From contig JAJEBU010000100.1 in NCBI GenBank assembly GCA_022822375.1, positions 558-64,557 of the forward strand: a stretch of 64,000 bases of DNA. The letters are read 5' to 3'. The DNA comes from Dehalococcoidia bacterium (GTDB lineage: Bacteria > Chloroflexota > Dehalococcoidia > Bin125). The position numbers and the translations under genes were made by a program. Positions within the stretch are counted from its first letter, which is position 1. Each line of letters begins with the position of its first letter. Below are positions 46,290 to 56,239 of this stretch, piece by piece. The notes beneath the pieces are model-generated. The model made no database searches, was not told where the DNA came from, and saw nothing but the letters and a program-made list of their open reading frames with translations.

Positions 46290-46876
46290 AGCGGAGCATC
46301 AGCGAGCGTCGTTTGGCGCGGATGCACGACGTGATCGAACGCCGCCACGACGATCTCGTGGTGGTGATCGAGAATGTCCACGACAGCCACAACGCCTCGG
46401 CCATTCTGCGCAGCTGCGACGCCTTCGGCATCAGCCGCGTTGCGCTCGTCTACACCAACCAGGAGTTTCCCAAGATCTCGAGCGGGGTCGCGGCCAAGGT
46501 CGAGAAGTGGTTGGAGATCGAGCGCTTCGACTCGGTCGAGGCCTGTGTCGCGTCGCTGCGCGCCGACGGCATCCGGCTCTACGCCACGAGACTCACTGAG
46601 GACGCACTGGACTACCGAGACGTCGATTTCACGCAGCCCGCCGCGATCGTGCTCGGCAATGAGCATGACGGCTGCTCCGAGGAGATCGCCGCACTCGCTG
46701 ACGGCAACGTGATCGTACCGATGCTGGGATTCGTGCAGAGCCTCAATGTGTCGGTCGCGGCGGCGGTGATGATGTCTGAGATGGCGCGGCAGCGCCGCGG
46801 CCTGAACCCGCCGTGGACCGATCGGAAAGCGGCGCTGGTGCAGAACTGGATTGGGCGGGAGTCCTCGCCACGCTAG
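46277..46876 (+). CDS. TrmH/SpoU-family tRNA/rRNA 2'-O-methyltransferase
   Basis: GTG start overlapping the reductase stop. LVVVIENVHDSHNASAILRSCDAFG, IVLGNEHDG and SLNVSVAAAVMM are SPOUT motifs. Confidence 0.75.
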   Translation: MRGLKRSISERRLARMHDVIERRHDDLVVVIENVHDSHNASAILRSCDAFGISRVALVYTNQEFPKISSGVAAKVEKWLEIERFDSVEACVASLRADGIRLYATRLTEDALDYRDVDFTQPAAIVLGNEHDGCSEEIAALADGNVIVPMLGFVQSLNVSVAAAVMMSEMARQRRGLNPPWTDRKAALVQNWIGRESSPR

Positions 46877-46938
46877 ACGTCGGGTCTGTCGTGTAGCATC
46901 GCATTCGACAACTGGATTCATCCGAACAGGAGCAACCG

Positions 46939-47355
46939 ATGGCTGACTACGCTGGCAGGCTGCCCGTGGCAACGCCCGAATCGCAGCCGTACTGGGACGG
47001 CCTCAAAGAACACAAGCTGATGCTGCCGACCTGCGACGACTGCGGGCCGCACTTCTATCCCCGGCCCTTCTGCCCCATGCCGAAGTGCTTCAACTGGGAC
47101 ATCAAGTGGACTGAGGCGTCGGGCAAGGGCAAAGTGCACACCTTCGTCATCTCGCACCAGCCGATCCCGCCCTACAACACCGAGGACAACCCGCCACCCT
47201 ACGTGATCGCCGTGATCGAGCTCGAAGAGGGCCCGCGCATGATGTCCAACCTGATCATGGACGATCCGTACTCGACCACGGTCGACATGGATGTCGAAAT
47301 CGTCTTCGACGACGTGACTGACGAGGTCACGCTGCCCAAGTTCAAGCCTGTCTAA
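46939..47355 (+). CDS. Zn-ribbon OB-fold protein (DUF35; thiolase partner)
   Basis: CDDCGPHFYPRPFCPMPKC is a Zn ribbon, followed by an OB fold. It precedes a thiolase gene by 37 bp. Confidence 0.8.
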   Translation: MADYAGRLPVATPESQPYWDGLKEHKLMLPTCDDCGPHFYPRPFCPMPKCFNWDIKWTEASGKGKVHTFVISHQPIPPYNTEDNPPPYVIAVIELEEGPRMMSNLIMDDPYSTTVDMDVEIVFDDVTDEVTLPKFKPV

Positions 47356-47392
47356 CACGCCTGCTGGCCGCTACTTCCGAAGGAGACCACTC

Positions 47393-48595
47393 ATGGATCA
47401 GATTCGACACAAGGTCGCGATCGTCGGTGCCGCAGAGACCGACGACCTCGGTCAACTGCCGCACATGTCGCGGCTCGCGCTGCACGCGCAAGCCGCCAAG
47501 AACGCACTGGACGACGCAGGCATCTCGCTCGCCGACGTCGACGGCCTGCTCTGCGCCGGCGCGATCCCCAACGAGGTCGCGGAATATCTCGGCATCCAGC
47601 CGCGCTACATCGACGGCACGTCGGTCGGAGGCTGCTCGTTCATGATTCACGTCCGACACGCGGTCGCGGCGATCATGGCCGGATACTGCGACGTCGCGCT
47701 GGTCACCCACGGCGAGAGCGGCCGCTCGGGCGTCGATGCGCCGCGCGGCGGATCCGCGTCGTCGCCGGGCGGTCAGTACGAGGCGCCGTTCGCGATCGGC
47801 GGCGCGCCGACGACCTTCTCGATCCCCGTCCTCCGTCACTTCCACGAGTATGGCACCACCAAAGAGCACCTCGCGCACATCGCTGCTGCCACTCGTGCGT
47901 GGGCCAATCTCAACCCAATGGCGATGATGGGCAGCCATCGACGCGCCCCCGAGCGCGGCGGCGGACCAATCACGCCGCAGGACGTGCTCAACTCGCGGAT
48001 GATCTGCTACCCGTTCAACCTCCTCGACTGCTGTGTCGTGGCCGATGGCGGCGGCGCGCTCGTGCTCGTCTCAGAGGAACGAGCCAAAGACTACGCCAAG
48101 GACCCCGTCTACGTGCTCGGCGCGGGCGAGGCCGCGGCGCACTGGATGGTCTCGCAGATGCGCGACCACACCACCGCCGACGGCTACCGCATCGCCGGTG
48201 AGGCCGCCTACAAGAGCGCCGGTCTGGGGCCGCAGGACATCGACCACTGCATGTTCTACGACGCCTTCACGTTCACACCGCTGATGGCAGCCGAAGACCT
48301 CGGCTTCGTGCCCAAGGGCGAGGGCGGGCCCTTCTTCGCCGAGACCAAGACCGGTCCCAACGGCGAAGTGATCTACAAGTCCGGTCCCGGCGGCGACTTC
48401 CCGATGAACACGAACGGCGGCGGTCTGAGCTACTGCCACACCGGCATGTACGGGATGTTCGCGATCATCGAGTCGGTGCGTCAGCTCCGAGGCGAGTGCG
48501 GCGACCGCCAGGTGCCCGACGTCAACGTCTCGATGGCGCACGGCCCGGGCGGCATGTTCGCCTCGGCCGGCACGCTCATCCTCTCGAATGCGTAA
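47393..48595 (+). CDS. thiolase-like protein, SCP-x/nsLTP type
   Basis: A 400-aa ORF. The N-terminal KVAIVGAAETD and the C-terminal NTNGGGLSYCHTGMYGM are thiolase motifs. Confidence 0.85.
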   Translation: MDQIRHKVAIVGAAETDDLGQLPHMSRLALHAQAAKNALDDAGISLADVDGLLCAGAIPNEVAEYLGIQPRYIDGTSVGGCSFMIHVRHAVAAIMAGYCDVALVTHGESGRSGVDAPRGGSASSPGGQYEAPFAIGGAPTTFSIPVLRHFHEYGTTKEHLAHIAAATRAWANLNPMAMMGSHRRAPERGGGPITPQDVLNSRMICYPFNLLDCCVVADGGGALVLVSEERAKDYAKDPVYVLGAGEAAAHWMVSQMRDHTTADGYRIAGEAAYKSAGLGPQDIDHCMFYDAFTFTPLMAAEDLGFVPKGEGGPFFAETKTGPNGEVIYKSGPGGDFPMNTNGGGLSYCHTGMYGMFAIIESVRQLRGECGDRQVPDVNVSMAHGPGGMFASAGTLILSNA

Positions 48596-48604
48596 CATGG
48601 GGTC

Positions 48605-49204
48605 ATGGTCACACAATCTCACTCGGATGCTCCCACTCGGCTCGTCACTGCCGATGAGCTCTTGCGGCTCTCGAAGGACGAGTTCTACGGCGAGTTGATC
48701 CGAGGGGAACTGTGTGAAGAAATGCCGCCTGGATTTCGCCACGAGAAGATCGTCGCCAAGCTGATCGTCTTGCTCTCGCTGTTTGTGGAGGCAAGGGGAT
48801 TAGGCACCGTGACAGGCTGTTCCGGAGTGTGGACCGAGCGCGATCCAGACACCGTGCGAGCACCGGACGTCCAGTTCTACTCAGCGGAGCGGCTGCCGCT
48901 GGACGACCAGTCCATCGGCTACATCGAAATCGCACCTGATCTCGTCGTCGAAGTCCGTTCGCCCAACGACACCCTCGCCAAGCTGCGCGACAAGGCGAAC
49001 ATGTGGCTCGACGTGGGTGTGCGAATCGTCTGGGTTGTGATCCCAGAACAGCGCATCGTGGAGCTCTACCGTCCAGGACATGAACCCATGACTCTGATGG
49101 GCAACGACCAGCTGGACGGCTCGGATATGCTGCCTGGATTTAACTGCTCTCTCGACGCAATCTTTGGACCGGCAGATCAGGCCGCTTCGCCATCAACACG
49201 CTGA
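48605..49204 (+). CDS. Uma2-family endonuclease (DUF820)
   Basis: A 199-aa ORF. APDLVVEVRSPND...K... is the PD-(D/E)xK-like core of Uma2 proteins. Paralog of 22268..22909. Confidence 0.7.
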   Translation: MVTQSHSDAPTRLVTADELLRLSKDEFYGELIRGELCEEMPPGFRHEKIVAKLIVLLSLFVEARGLGTVTGCSGVWTERDPDTVRAPDVQFYSAERLPLDDQSIGYIEIAPDLVVEVRSPNDTLAKLRDKANMWLDVGVRIVWVVIPEQRIVELYRPGHEPMTLMGNDQLDGSDMLPGFNCSLDAIFGPADQAASPSTR

Positions 49205-50483
49205 GCGCCGCGCTCAGCAGTAGTCCGATGAAGACGATGTAGATCAAGTCGTAGCTGCCGCGGCTGTCAATCACGAGTCCGCTGATGAACGGTCCGAAGG
49301 CGTTGATGAGCAGCTGCGGCGGCGCGGTGACCGAGCGAATGCGGCCGACTGAGTAGCGTCCGAAGTAATCGGGGAACGAGATGCGGTTGAGCGGCAGCTG
49401 GGCGCCGAACGCGAGCCCGTGCCAGACGGCGAACACGAACGCCATCCAGGTCGAATCGAGCAGCACGAACCAAACCAGCGCGCTGGTCGTGACCATAATC
49501 ACGAGGGGAAGCGCGTAGCGCACTGGCAGTCGCTGGCGTAGCTCGCCGCCGAGCACGCCGCCGATGATCCCCATTCCAGCCCACAGCGCCAACGCCGTGC
49601 GTGCGGTGTCGGGGTCGATGCCGTTCTGTGTCATGTGCGACACGAAGGTGAAGTTCACCGAGCCGCCGACGGCCATCAGCATCGTCGTTCCGAACAGCAG
49701 CAACCAGAACGCCCGCGTGCGAACGGCGTCGCGGACTGACCAATCGGGGTCCGACGCCATCGGAGACTCTCCGCTAGACACGGCGGCGCGGCGTCCGTAC
49801 CCGTCCGGGCGCAGTCCGACGTCCTCAGGCCGTCGCCGCATGATCAACGGCGGCAGCACGCCCATGAGGAGCACCAGCAAGCCCATCAGCAGGAAGGCCT
49901 CGCGCAGCCCGCCGAGCCACAGACCGGCCGTGATCACGAGCGGAAAGAGCATCATCCCGCTGCGCGTGCCGATCATCGTCAGCCCCATCGCAGAGCCTCG
50001 ACGCTGGATGAACCAGTTGGCGATCACGACGACCACCGCGATATCGATGACGGCCACGGTGATCCCGCGTCCGAGTCCCCACAGCAGCAGGAACTGCCAG
50101 AACTGGGACATGAAGCCGAGCGCGAACATCAGGCCCGCGACCATGCCGACTGATGCGAACAGCAGCCAGCGGGGGCCGTAGCGGTCGGCGATCGGCCCCA
50201 CGAACGTGGCAATGGCGCCGCCGCCGATGCCGCCGATCAGCATCGTCAGGGCGATCGAGGCTGTGCTCCAGCCGTATTCCGCCTGCAACTCGGGCGTGAT
50301 CGCACCCAGCACCGGATTGAAGAATGACACCGCCGCGAACGACGACAGCGAGGCCGCCACCGCGATCCACCAGCCGGGATACACACGTCGAAACGGTTGA
50401 CGGTGATAGAAGCCCGGCAGTCGCTCACGACGGCGCGCTTCGTGACCTGGCGATGCGGCGGACGAGTCGTCGAGGCTGCTCAT
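49140..50483 (-). CDS. MFS transporter
   Basis: ORF 49140..50567 trimmed to the ATG at 50483 (MSSLDDSSAASP...). Twelve predicted TM helices with the MFS loop motif between TM2 and TM3. Its 3' end overlaps the Uma2 gene by ~65 bp on the opposite strand. Confidence 0.75.
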   Translation of the reverse strand: MSSLDDSSAASPGHEARRRERLPGFYHRQPFRRVYPGWWIAVAASLSSFAAVSFFNPVLGAITPELQAEYGWSTASIALTMLIGGIGGGAIATFVGPIADRYGPRWLLFASVGMVAGLMFALGFMSQFWQFLLLWGLGRGITVAVIDIAVVVVIANWFIQRRGSAMGLTMIGTRSGMMLFPLVITAGLWLGGLREAFLLMGLLVLLMGVLPPLIMRRRPEDVGLRPDGYGRRAAVSSGESPMASDPDWSVRDAVRTRAFWLLLFGTTMLMAVGGSVNFTFVSHMTQNGIDPDTARTALALWAGMGIIGGVLGGELRQRLPVRYALPLVIMVTTSALVWFVLLDSTWMAFVFAVWHGLAFGAQLPLNRISFPDYFGRYSVGRIRSVTAPPQLLINAFGPFISGLVIDSRGSYDLIYIVFIGLLLSAALSVLMAKRPDLPVQRLRRESS

Positions 50484-50535
50484 CAACGCCACTACCCTAA
50501 CGCGAGCAGCGGCAGCGAACGGAGGCGTCAGCGAC

Positions 50536-51537
50536 ATGGCCAGGCCAACACTCAGGATCGGCGTCACCTCAGGGCTGATCGAGCGCGTCGGCGACCGACT
50601 GCGCGAGACGGCGGCCGCAGCCGAGATTGTTGAGCTCCAGCGCGACGGCGGCTGGTCGGCTGCCCCCGAAGGCCTTGACGCCTTCTTCTTCTCCGAAGAC
50701 CTCTACGTCGAAACCGCTTCAGCCGCTGCCGTCATGCAACTGCTGCAGACGTCGCCGCCGGCCTGGATGCAAACCGCCAGCACCGGCGTCGACCACCAGA
50801 TCTTCCAGCACCTGATCGACAGCGGCGCGGTGGTCACCAACTCGCCCGGCGTGCACGGCGGGCCGATCGCCGAGTATGTCTTCGCCTACATCTTGCAGCA
50901 CGCCAAACGAGTGTCCCAACACGCGAAACACCAGGCCGAGCGGCGCTGGGCGCCGCTCGACTCGGTGGAACTGGCGGGTCAGACGTTAGGAATCGTGGGC
51001 TTCGGCGGGATCGGCGAGGCGTGCGCCCGGATTGCCAAATCGTTTGGGATGCGGACACTCGCCACCAAGCGTCGGCCGCCGGACAGCGAGTTCCTGGACA
51101 GCCATCTCCAGCCTGCTCAGTTGCGCGACCTGCTCAGCGCCAGCGACTACGTCGTGCTCTGCTGCCCGCTGACGGATGAGACCCTCAATCTGATCGACGC
51201 CGACGCGCTCGCCGTCATGCCGCCGCATGCTCTGCTGATCAACGTTGCCCGCGGCCGCGTCATCGACCATGACGCGCTCGGCGATGCACTGCGCTCAGGC
51301 GCGATCGCCGCAGCGGTGCTCGACGTAGTGCCGACCGAACCGCTGGCTGCGGAGTCGCCGCTGTGGGACCTGCCAAACTGCATCATCACGCCCCACGATT
51401 CCTGCCATGTGGATGCCTCGTATCTGCGCACGGCGGAGTTCTTCTTCACCAATCTCGCCCACCTGATTGCCGGCGAACCACTGGAATGGGTCGTGACGGA
51501 CATCGAGCTGAGTGACGCCAGCCTGGGCGACGTCTAG
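50536..51537 (+). CDS. D-isomer-specific 2-hydroxyacid dehydrogenase (NAD-binding)
   Basis: GIVGFGGIGEACARIAKSFGMR is the Rossmann GxGxxG. The catalytic ...ARGRVID...H... pattern is present. Confidence 0.8.
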   Translation: MARPTLRIGVTSGLIERVGDRLRETAAAAEIVELQRDGGWSAAPEGLDAFFFSEDLYVETASAAAVMQLLQTSPPAWMQTASTGVDHQIFQHLIDSGAVVTNSPGVHGGPIAEYVFAYILQHAKRVSQHAKHQAERRWAPLDSVELAGQTLGIVGFGGIGEACARIAKSFGMRTLATKRRPPDSEFLDSHLQPAQLRDLLSASDYVVLCCPLTDETLNLIDADALAVMPPHALLINVARGRVIDHDALGDALRSGAIAAAVLDVVPTEPLAAESPLWDLPNCIITPHDSCHVDASYLRTAEFFFTNLAHLIAGEPLEWVVTDIELSDASLGDV

Positions 51538-51545
51538 GAGCAGAC

Positions 51546-52808
51546 ATGACCAAGTCGACCAACGAAACGCATCCGCCGGGCCCGCTCGCAGGTGTTCGCG
51601 TGCTCGACCTGACCTGGGTGCTGGCCGGACCGTACGCCGCGATGATTCTCTGCGACCTCGGCGCGGAAGTCGTCAAAGTGGAGCGTCCGCCGCACGGCGA
51701 TGTCGCGCGGACCACCGGTCCATTTGTCAACAACGAGTCGATGTACTTCCAGTCGGTCAATCGCGGCAAGCGCAGCATCTCCATCGATCTGCGCTCCGAC
51801 GACGGGCGAGAACTGTTCCTGCGCCTCGTCGACGAAGCGGACGTGGTGATGGAAAACTTCACGCCGGGCGTGATGGACAAGCTGGGCATCGGACCCGACA
51901 CGCTGTTGGAACGCAACCCACGACTCGTGTTCGCCTCGACTTCGGGCTTCGGGCAGACCGGTCCATGGCGAGACCGACCGGCGCTCGACATCATCGTGCA
52001 GGGCATGGGCGGCGTGATGAGCATCACCGGCTATCCCGACGAGCCGCCCGCGCGGCCTGGCACCTCGATCGGCGACATCTGCGGCGGGCTCTACACCGCG
52101 ATCGGCATCCTCGCCGCGCTGCGCGAGCGTGAGCACAGCGGACAGGGCCAGTCAGTCGACATTTCGATGCTCGATTGCCAGATCGCAATCCTCGAGAACG
52201 CGGTCGCGCGCTACTTCGCCACCGGATCAGAGCCGGGCCCCTTGGGCACGCGGCATCCCTCCGCCACACCGTTCCAGGCGTTCCCAACTGCCGACGGCTG
52301 GATGGTCGTCGCGCTGTCCTGGGGCATCGCCACGCAATGGGAGCTGTTCTGCGCCGAGCTTGGACTGCCTGAGCTTGTCGGTGACGAGCGATTCGAGACC
52401 TCGTTCAAGCGCACCGAGAACCACGCCGAACTTGAGCCGCTGCTCTTCGACGCAACGCGCAAACAATCCACGGCGCACTGGGTCGCCGCTCTGTCGCAGT
52501 ACGGCATCCCCATTGGGCCGCTCAACTCCATCGGACAGGCGGTGAACCAGGAACAGATCGTGGCGCGGGAAATGATCACCACCCTGCAGCACCCCATCGC
52601 CGGTGATGTCACGATGGCCGCCTCTCCGCTCAAGCTCTCACGCACGCCGGGACGCGTCTACGGCGCCGGCCCTCAGTTCGGCCAGGACAGCGAAGCGGTG
52701 CTCAGCGAGTGGCTGGGACTCTCCGAAGAGGCAACGGCGGCACTCGTCGAGACGGGTGTGGTGCTCACCGAAGGCGGACCAGACATCGCCGCCTACCTGA
52801 GGGCCTGA
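51546..52808 (+). CDS. family-III CoA-transferase (CaiB/BaiF)
   Basis: The N-terminus is LAGVRVLDLTWVLAGPYAAMILCDLGAEVVKVERP. TSGFGQTGPWRDRPALDIIVQGMGGVMSITG carries the catalytic Asp. Confidence 0.85.
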   Translation: MTKSTNETHPPGPLAGVRVLDLTWVLAGPYAAMILCDLGAEVVKVERPPHGDVARTTGPFVNNESMYFQSVNRGKRSISIDLRSDDGRELFLRLVDEADVVMENFTPGVMDKLGIGPDTLLERNPRLVFASTSGFGQTGPWRDRPALDIIVQGMGGVMSITGYPDEPPARPGTSIGDICGGLYTAIGILAALREREHSGQGQSVDISMLDCQIAILENAVARYFATGSEPGPLGTRHPSATPFQAFPTADGWMVVALSWGIATQWELFCAELGLPELVGDERFETSFKRTENHAELEPLLFDATRKQSTAHWVAALSQYGIPIGPLNSIGQAVNQEQIVAREMITTLQHPIAGDVTMAASPLKLSRTPGRVYGAGPQFGQDSEAVLSEWLGLSEEATAALVETGVVLTEGGPDIAAYLRA

Positions 52809-52809
52809 C

Positions 52810-53169
52810 ATGTCGATCCGAGCAAACATGCGCAAGCTCGGCGCGGTGCTCAAACAGCGCCTGCGACCGGAACCGATCGAGATCGAGCTGGACGTGGTCG
52901 AGCAATTGATCGTCCAGCATCTGTTGATGGTCGAGCAGGCCTCCTTCGACGAGATCGTTGACGCCGTGCTCGTCTCAAGACCGACGGCCGATCAGCAACA
53001 GGTGCGACTCTCGCTGATCCGCTTCGAGTCGATGCGCCTCGCTCAGCGCATCCTCCACCCTGAGCTGGAGCCCGGAGCGCAGATGTCGTTTACCCTCACG
53101 GCGGACGGACGCCGCCTCAAGGCGGTCATCCCGTCCGTGCCACGCTCGCGCATACAAACCTGGTTGTAG
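52810..53169 (+). CDS. hypothetical protein (119 aa), translationally coupled to the CoA-transferase gene
   Basis: Its ATG sits 2 nt after the upstream stop. High GC3. No recognisable domain. Predicted to be mostly helical. Confidence 0.4.
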   Translation: MSIRANMRKLGAVLKQRLRPEPIEIELDVVEQLIVQHLLMVEQASFDEIVDAVLVSRPTADQQQVRLSLIRFESMRLAQRILHPELEPGAQMSFTLTADGRRLKAVIPSVPRSRIQTWL

Positions 53170-53190
53170 CCGCTTCCGAAGGAGCTGACG

Positions 53191-54189
53191 ATGGCGAAGT
53201 TCAAGGTCTACCACGTCGATTCACGGCCCGAGAGGCAGCCGCACACCGCCGAGGCGGCGCAGCTGGCCTTGGCTGACGCCGAGCTGGTTCCGCTGTCGCC
53301 AGAGCAGCAGGAAGACATCCCGGCGCATGTGGCTGACGCCGACGGCATCATCTGTGGCTACCGACAGGTCGGACGGGACATCTTCGAAGCGGCGCCCAAC
53401 CTCAAGGTGGTCGTGCGCTACGGCATCGGATTCGACAACATCGATTGGCAGACCGCCACCGAGTTCGACATTGTCGTTTGCAACATCACTGACTACTGCA
53501 TCAACGAGGTCGCGACGCATGCGATGTCGCTGCTGTTGGCGCTCAACCGTAAGGTGGTCGCCCACAACAACGCCGCTCGCGCCGGCGAGCGCGTGCCGTT
53601 GGGACCGTCGGGCCCGCTCTACGGCGAGACGCTGGGACTGGTCGCATTCGGACACATCGCGCAGCAGGCGGCGATTCGTGCCCAGGCGTTCGGGCTCAAC
53701 GTCATCGCCTACGACCCGTTCCAGGACCCGGCCGCCGCTGAAGCAGCCGGCGTGCGCCTCACGTCGCTGGAAGAGGTCATGCAGGCCGACTACGTCTCTG
53801 TCCATCCGCCGATGAGTCCTGAAACGCGGGGGATGATCGGGGCCGAGCAGCTCGCCCTGATGAAGCCGCATGCGTACCTGATCACGACCTGCCGCGGCGG
53901 TGTCGTCAACGAGCAGGCGCTCTACGACGCGCTCAAGAACGGGCAGATCGCCGGCGCCGGCGTTGACGTGTGGGATCCGGAACCCGTTCACAAGGATCAT
54001 CCACTGCTCGAGTTCGACAATGTGATCGCCACGCCCCACTCGGCGTACTACAGCGACGCGTCCGGCCCGTTGCTGCTGGAACGGGTCGGCGAGGCCGCAG
54101 CCGACGTGTTGCGCGGCTACCTGCCCCGTTCAGTCGTCAACAGGGCGGTGCTCGACCAAGTGTCGCTCACGGCGCACCCCGATCGCTAG
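53191..54189 (+). CDS. 2-hydroxyacid dehydrogenase (CtBP/PGDH-like)
   Basis: GLVAFGHIAQQAAIRAQAFGLNV is the GxGxxG motif. The catalytic trio is ...CRGGVVNEQ...E...H (ATPHSAYYS). Confidence 0.8.
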   Translation: MAKFKVYHVDSRPERQPHTAEAAQLALADAELVPLSPEQQEDIPAHVADADGIICGYRQVGRDIFEAAPNLKVVVRYGIGFDNIDWQTATEFDIVVCNITDYCINEVATHAMSLLLALNRKVVAHNNAARAGERVPLGPSGPLYGETLGLVAFGHIAQQAAIRAQAFGLNVIAYDPFQDPAAAEAAGVRLTSLEEVMQADYVSVHPPMSPETRGMIGAEQLALMKPHAYLITTCRGGVVNEQALYDALKNGQIAGAGVDVWDPEPVHKDHPLLEFDNVIATPHSAYYSDASGPLLLERVGEAAADVLRGYLPRSVVNRAVLDQVSLTAHPDR

Positions 54190-54324
54190 GCAAGCCAGCT
54201 CTCCCCACCTCTGCGCGCAGGTCACCGCTCGGGCGTCCGTTCCCGACGCGGAGAGCGACGGTCCATCGTGTACGCTTTCTGCAACTCAGATGACACTTCC
54301 ACGAGCTGAGAGCGGAGACTCGCG

Positions 54325-55101
54325 ATGCGACCCAACACAGTGAAACGGCTCTGGGCAGACGGTAAGCCCGCCTTCGGCGCCTGGCTCTCGTCCTGCTCCA
54401 CGCTGGCTGCCGAGTCGATGGCGCACCAGGGCTGGGACTGGCTGGTCGTCGACGGCGAGCACTCGCCGGTCGATCTGCTCACGATGGTGCAGATGTTCCA
54501 GGCGATTTCCAGCACCGACACGATTCCGATGGCGCGCGTGCACTGGAACGACCCTGTGGAGATCAAGCGGATCCTTGACGGTGGCGCCTACGGCGTCGTG
54601 ATTCCCTGGGTCAACAACCGCGCCGAGGCCGAACAGGCCGTTGCCGCCGTGCGCTACCCGCCGGACGGCCTGCGCGGCTTCGGCGCTTATCGCGGATTCC
54701 TCTACGGCGGACCGGACTACGGCACCGAGGCGAACAACGAGATCGCCTGCATCGTCCAGATCGAGACGGTCGAAGCCGTCGAACGGATCGACGAGATCCT
54801 CGACGTCGAGGGCATTGACGCCACCTGCATCGGCCCGGCCGACCTGGCGATGTCGATGGGCATTCCGGTGCGGCCTGACAATCCGCATCCCGACCACGTC
54901 GCGCTGTGCGCCGAGGTGTTGGCGGGATCGCAGCGGATCAACAACCGCGTCGCACCGGGCATCTTCACATCGGGGCCGGTTGAGGCCAAGCGGCGCGCCG
55001 AAGAGGGTTGGCTGTACATCCCCTCTGGCAGCGACTCGCAGTTCATGGCCCAAGCATCGGCGCAGGGACTGCAGACCGTCCGCAGCTACGGCCAGGACTA
55101 A
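54325..55101 (+). CDS. HpcH/HpaI-family aldolase (2-keto-3-deoxy-acid aldolase/citrate-lyase-like TIM barrel)
   Basis: The N-terminal ...KRLWADGKPAFGAWLSS..., the metal-binding E/D (IVQIETVEAVE) and the overall PF03328 fold. Confidence 0.8.
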   Translation: MRPNTVKRLWADGKPAFGAWLSSCSTLAAESMAHQGWDWLVVDGEHSPVDLLTMVQMFQAISSTDTIPMARVHWNDPVEIKRILDGGAYGVVIPWVNNRAEAEQAVAAVRYPPDGLRGFGAYRGFLYGGPDYGTEANNEIACIVQIETVEAVERIDEILDVEGIDATCIGPADLAMSMGIPVRPDNPHPDHVALCAEVLAGSQRINNRVAPGIFTSGPVEAKRRAEEGWLYIPSGSDSQFMAQASAQGLQTVRSYGQD

Positions 55102-55105
55102 CCAG

Positions 55106-56215
55106 GTGGCCTGGACCGGGTTTGCGGAACCCGAAACCCGCCAGCGCTTCAACCCACAAGACCTGCGCGGGTTCACCGCCGCCGTGCTCGAGTCCTACGG
55201 CGTCCCCGCCGCAGATGCCGAGATCGGCGCTGACGTACTGATCGACGCTGACATCGTCGGCATCGAGTCGCACGGCATCGCGCATCTGCCCTGGCACATC
55301 GGCTACGCACCCGGTTTCGAGTCCGGAGTGGTCAATCCGACGCCGGAGATCAAGGTGCTGCGCGAAACGCCCATCTCGGCCGCGTGGGACGGCGACGGCG
55401 GCTTCGGCACAATCGTCTGCCAGAAAGCCATGTCCGCCTGCATTGAGAAAGCCCAAACCAGCGGCACGGGCATGATCACCGTCCGCAACGGCCGACACTT
55501 CGGCGCTGCCGGCTACTACGCGCATATGGCCGTTGAGCATGACCTCATCGGCATGGCGATGTGCAACGTCCCGCCGATCGCGGTCGCCGCCGGCGGCAAA
55601 AGCCGCGTCTTTGGCACCAATCCGATCGCGATGGCGGCGCCAATCGAGGGCGGCACGCCGTTTCGACTCGATGTGGCCACCACGGCGGTCGCAGGCGGCA
55701 AGCTGGAGATCGCCGGTCGCCAGGACAAACCGCTGCCCGTCGGCTGGGCGGTCGATGCCGACGGCGAGCACTCCGACGATCCCTTCATTCTGCGCAAGAA
55801 CGGCGGCCTGCTGCCGCTCGGATCCACGCTCGAGACCAGCTCGCACAAGGGCTACGGTCTGGGGCTGATGGTCGACGTGATGACGGGCGTGTTGTCGGGC
55901 GGCGGTTCGGGCTTGTTCGCTCCGCGCGGAACCAATCTGGTGCAGGGACAGTGGTTTGCCGCCTGGCGGATCGACCTCTTCTGCGACCCCGACGAGTTCA
56001 AGTCCAATATGAAGGACATGGCGGACGCGATCCGCGGCGTCGAGCCGGTTGAGGGCGTCGAGCGGGTCGTGATCCCCGGCGATCCCGAAGAGATCGCCCG
56101 CGCCGACCGCTCGGTCAACGGCGTGCCGTTGGACGACGAGACCATTGAACAACTGATCACGCTGGGCGAGCAGCGCGGCGTGCCATTCCCCAGCAGCAAC
56201 ACGGGCACCATCTGA
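55106..56215 (+). CDS. Ldh_2-family (malate/L-lactate dehydrogenase family 2) NAD(P)-dependent oxidoreductase
   Basis: The frame is open from the aldolase stop. The earliest start is the GTG at 55106, with AGGA 8 nt upstream. LRGFTAAVLESYGVPAADAEIGADVLIDADIVGIESHGIAHL matches the Ldh_2 N-terminus. The first in-frame ATG would truncate conserved sequence. Confidence 0.7.
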   Translation: MAWTGFAEPETRQRFNPQDLRGFTAAVLESYGVPAADAEIGADVLIDADIVGIESHGIAHLPWHIGYAPGFESGVVNPTPEIKVLRETPISAAWDGDGGFGTIVCQKAMSACIEKAQTSGTGMITVRNGRHFGAAGYYAHMAVEHDLIGMAMCNVPPIAVAAGGKSRVFGTNPIAMAAPIEGGTPFRLDVATTAVAGGKLEIAGRQDKPLPVGWAVDADGEHSDDPFILRKNGGLLPLGSTLETSSHKGYGLGLMVDVMTGVLSGGGSGLFAPRGTNLVQGQWFAAWRIDLFCDPDEFKSNMKDMADAIRGVEPVEGVERVVIPGDPEEIARADRSVNGVPLDDETIEQLITLGEQRGVPFPSSNTGTI

Positions 56216-56239
56216 GCCTCCAGAAGAAAGCGACGCCCA

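Noticed and set aside
54190-54324. Possible riboswitch or attenuator in the 135-bp leader of the HpcH aldolase gene
   Set aside because: The leader holds only a short GC hairpin (GCGTC-N7-GACGC) and a CTCAG...CTGAG inverted repeat. That is too little structure or conservation to call a regulatory RNA without comparative data. The hairpin may simply terminate the upstream dehydrogenase gene.
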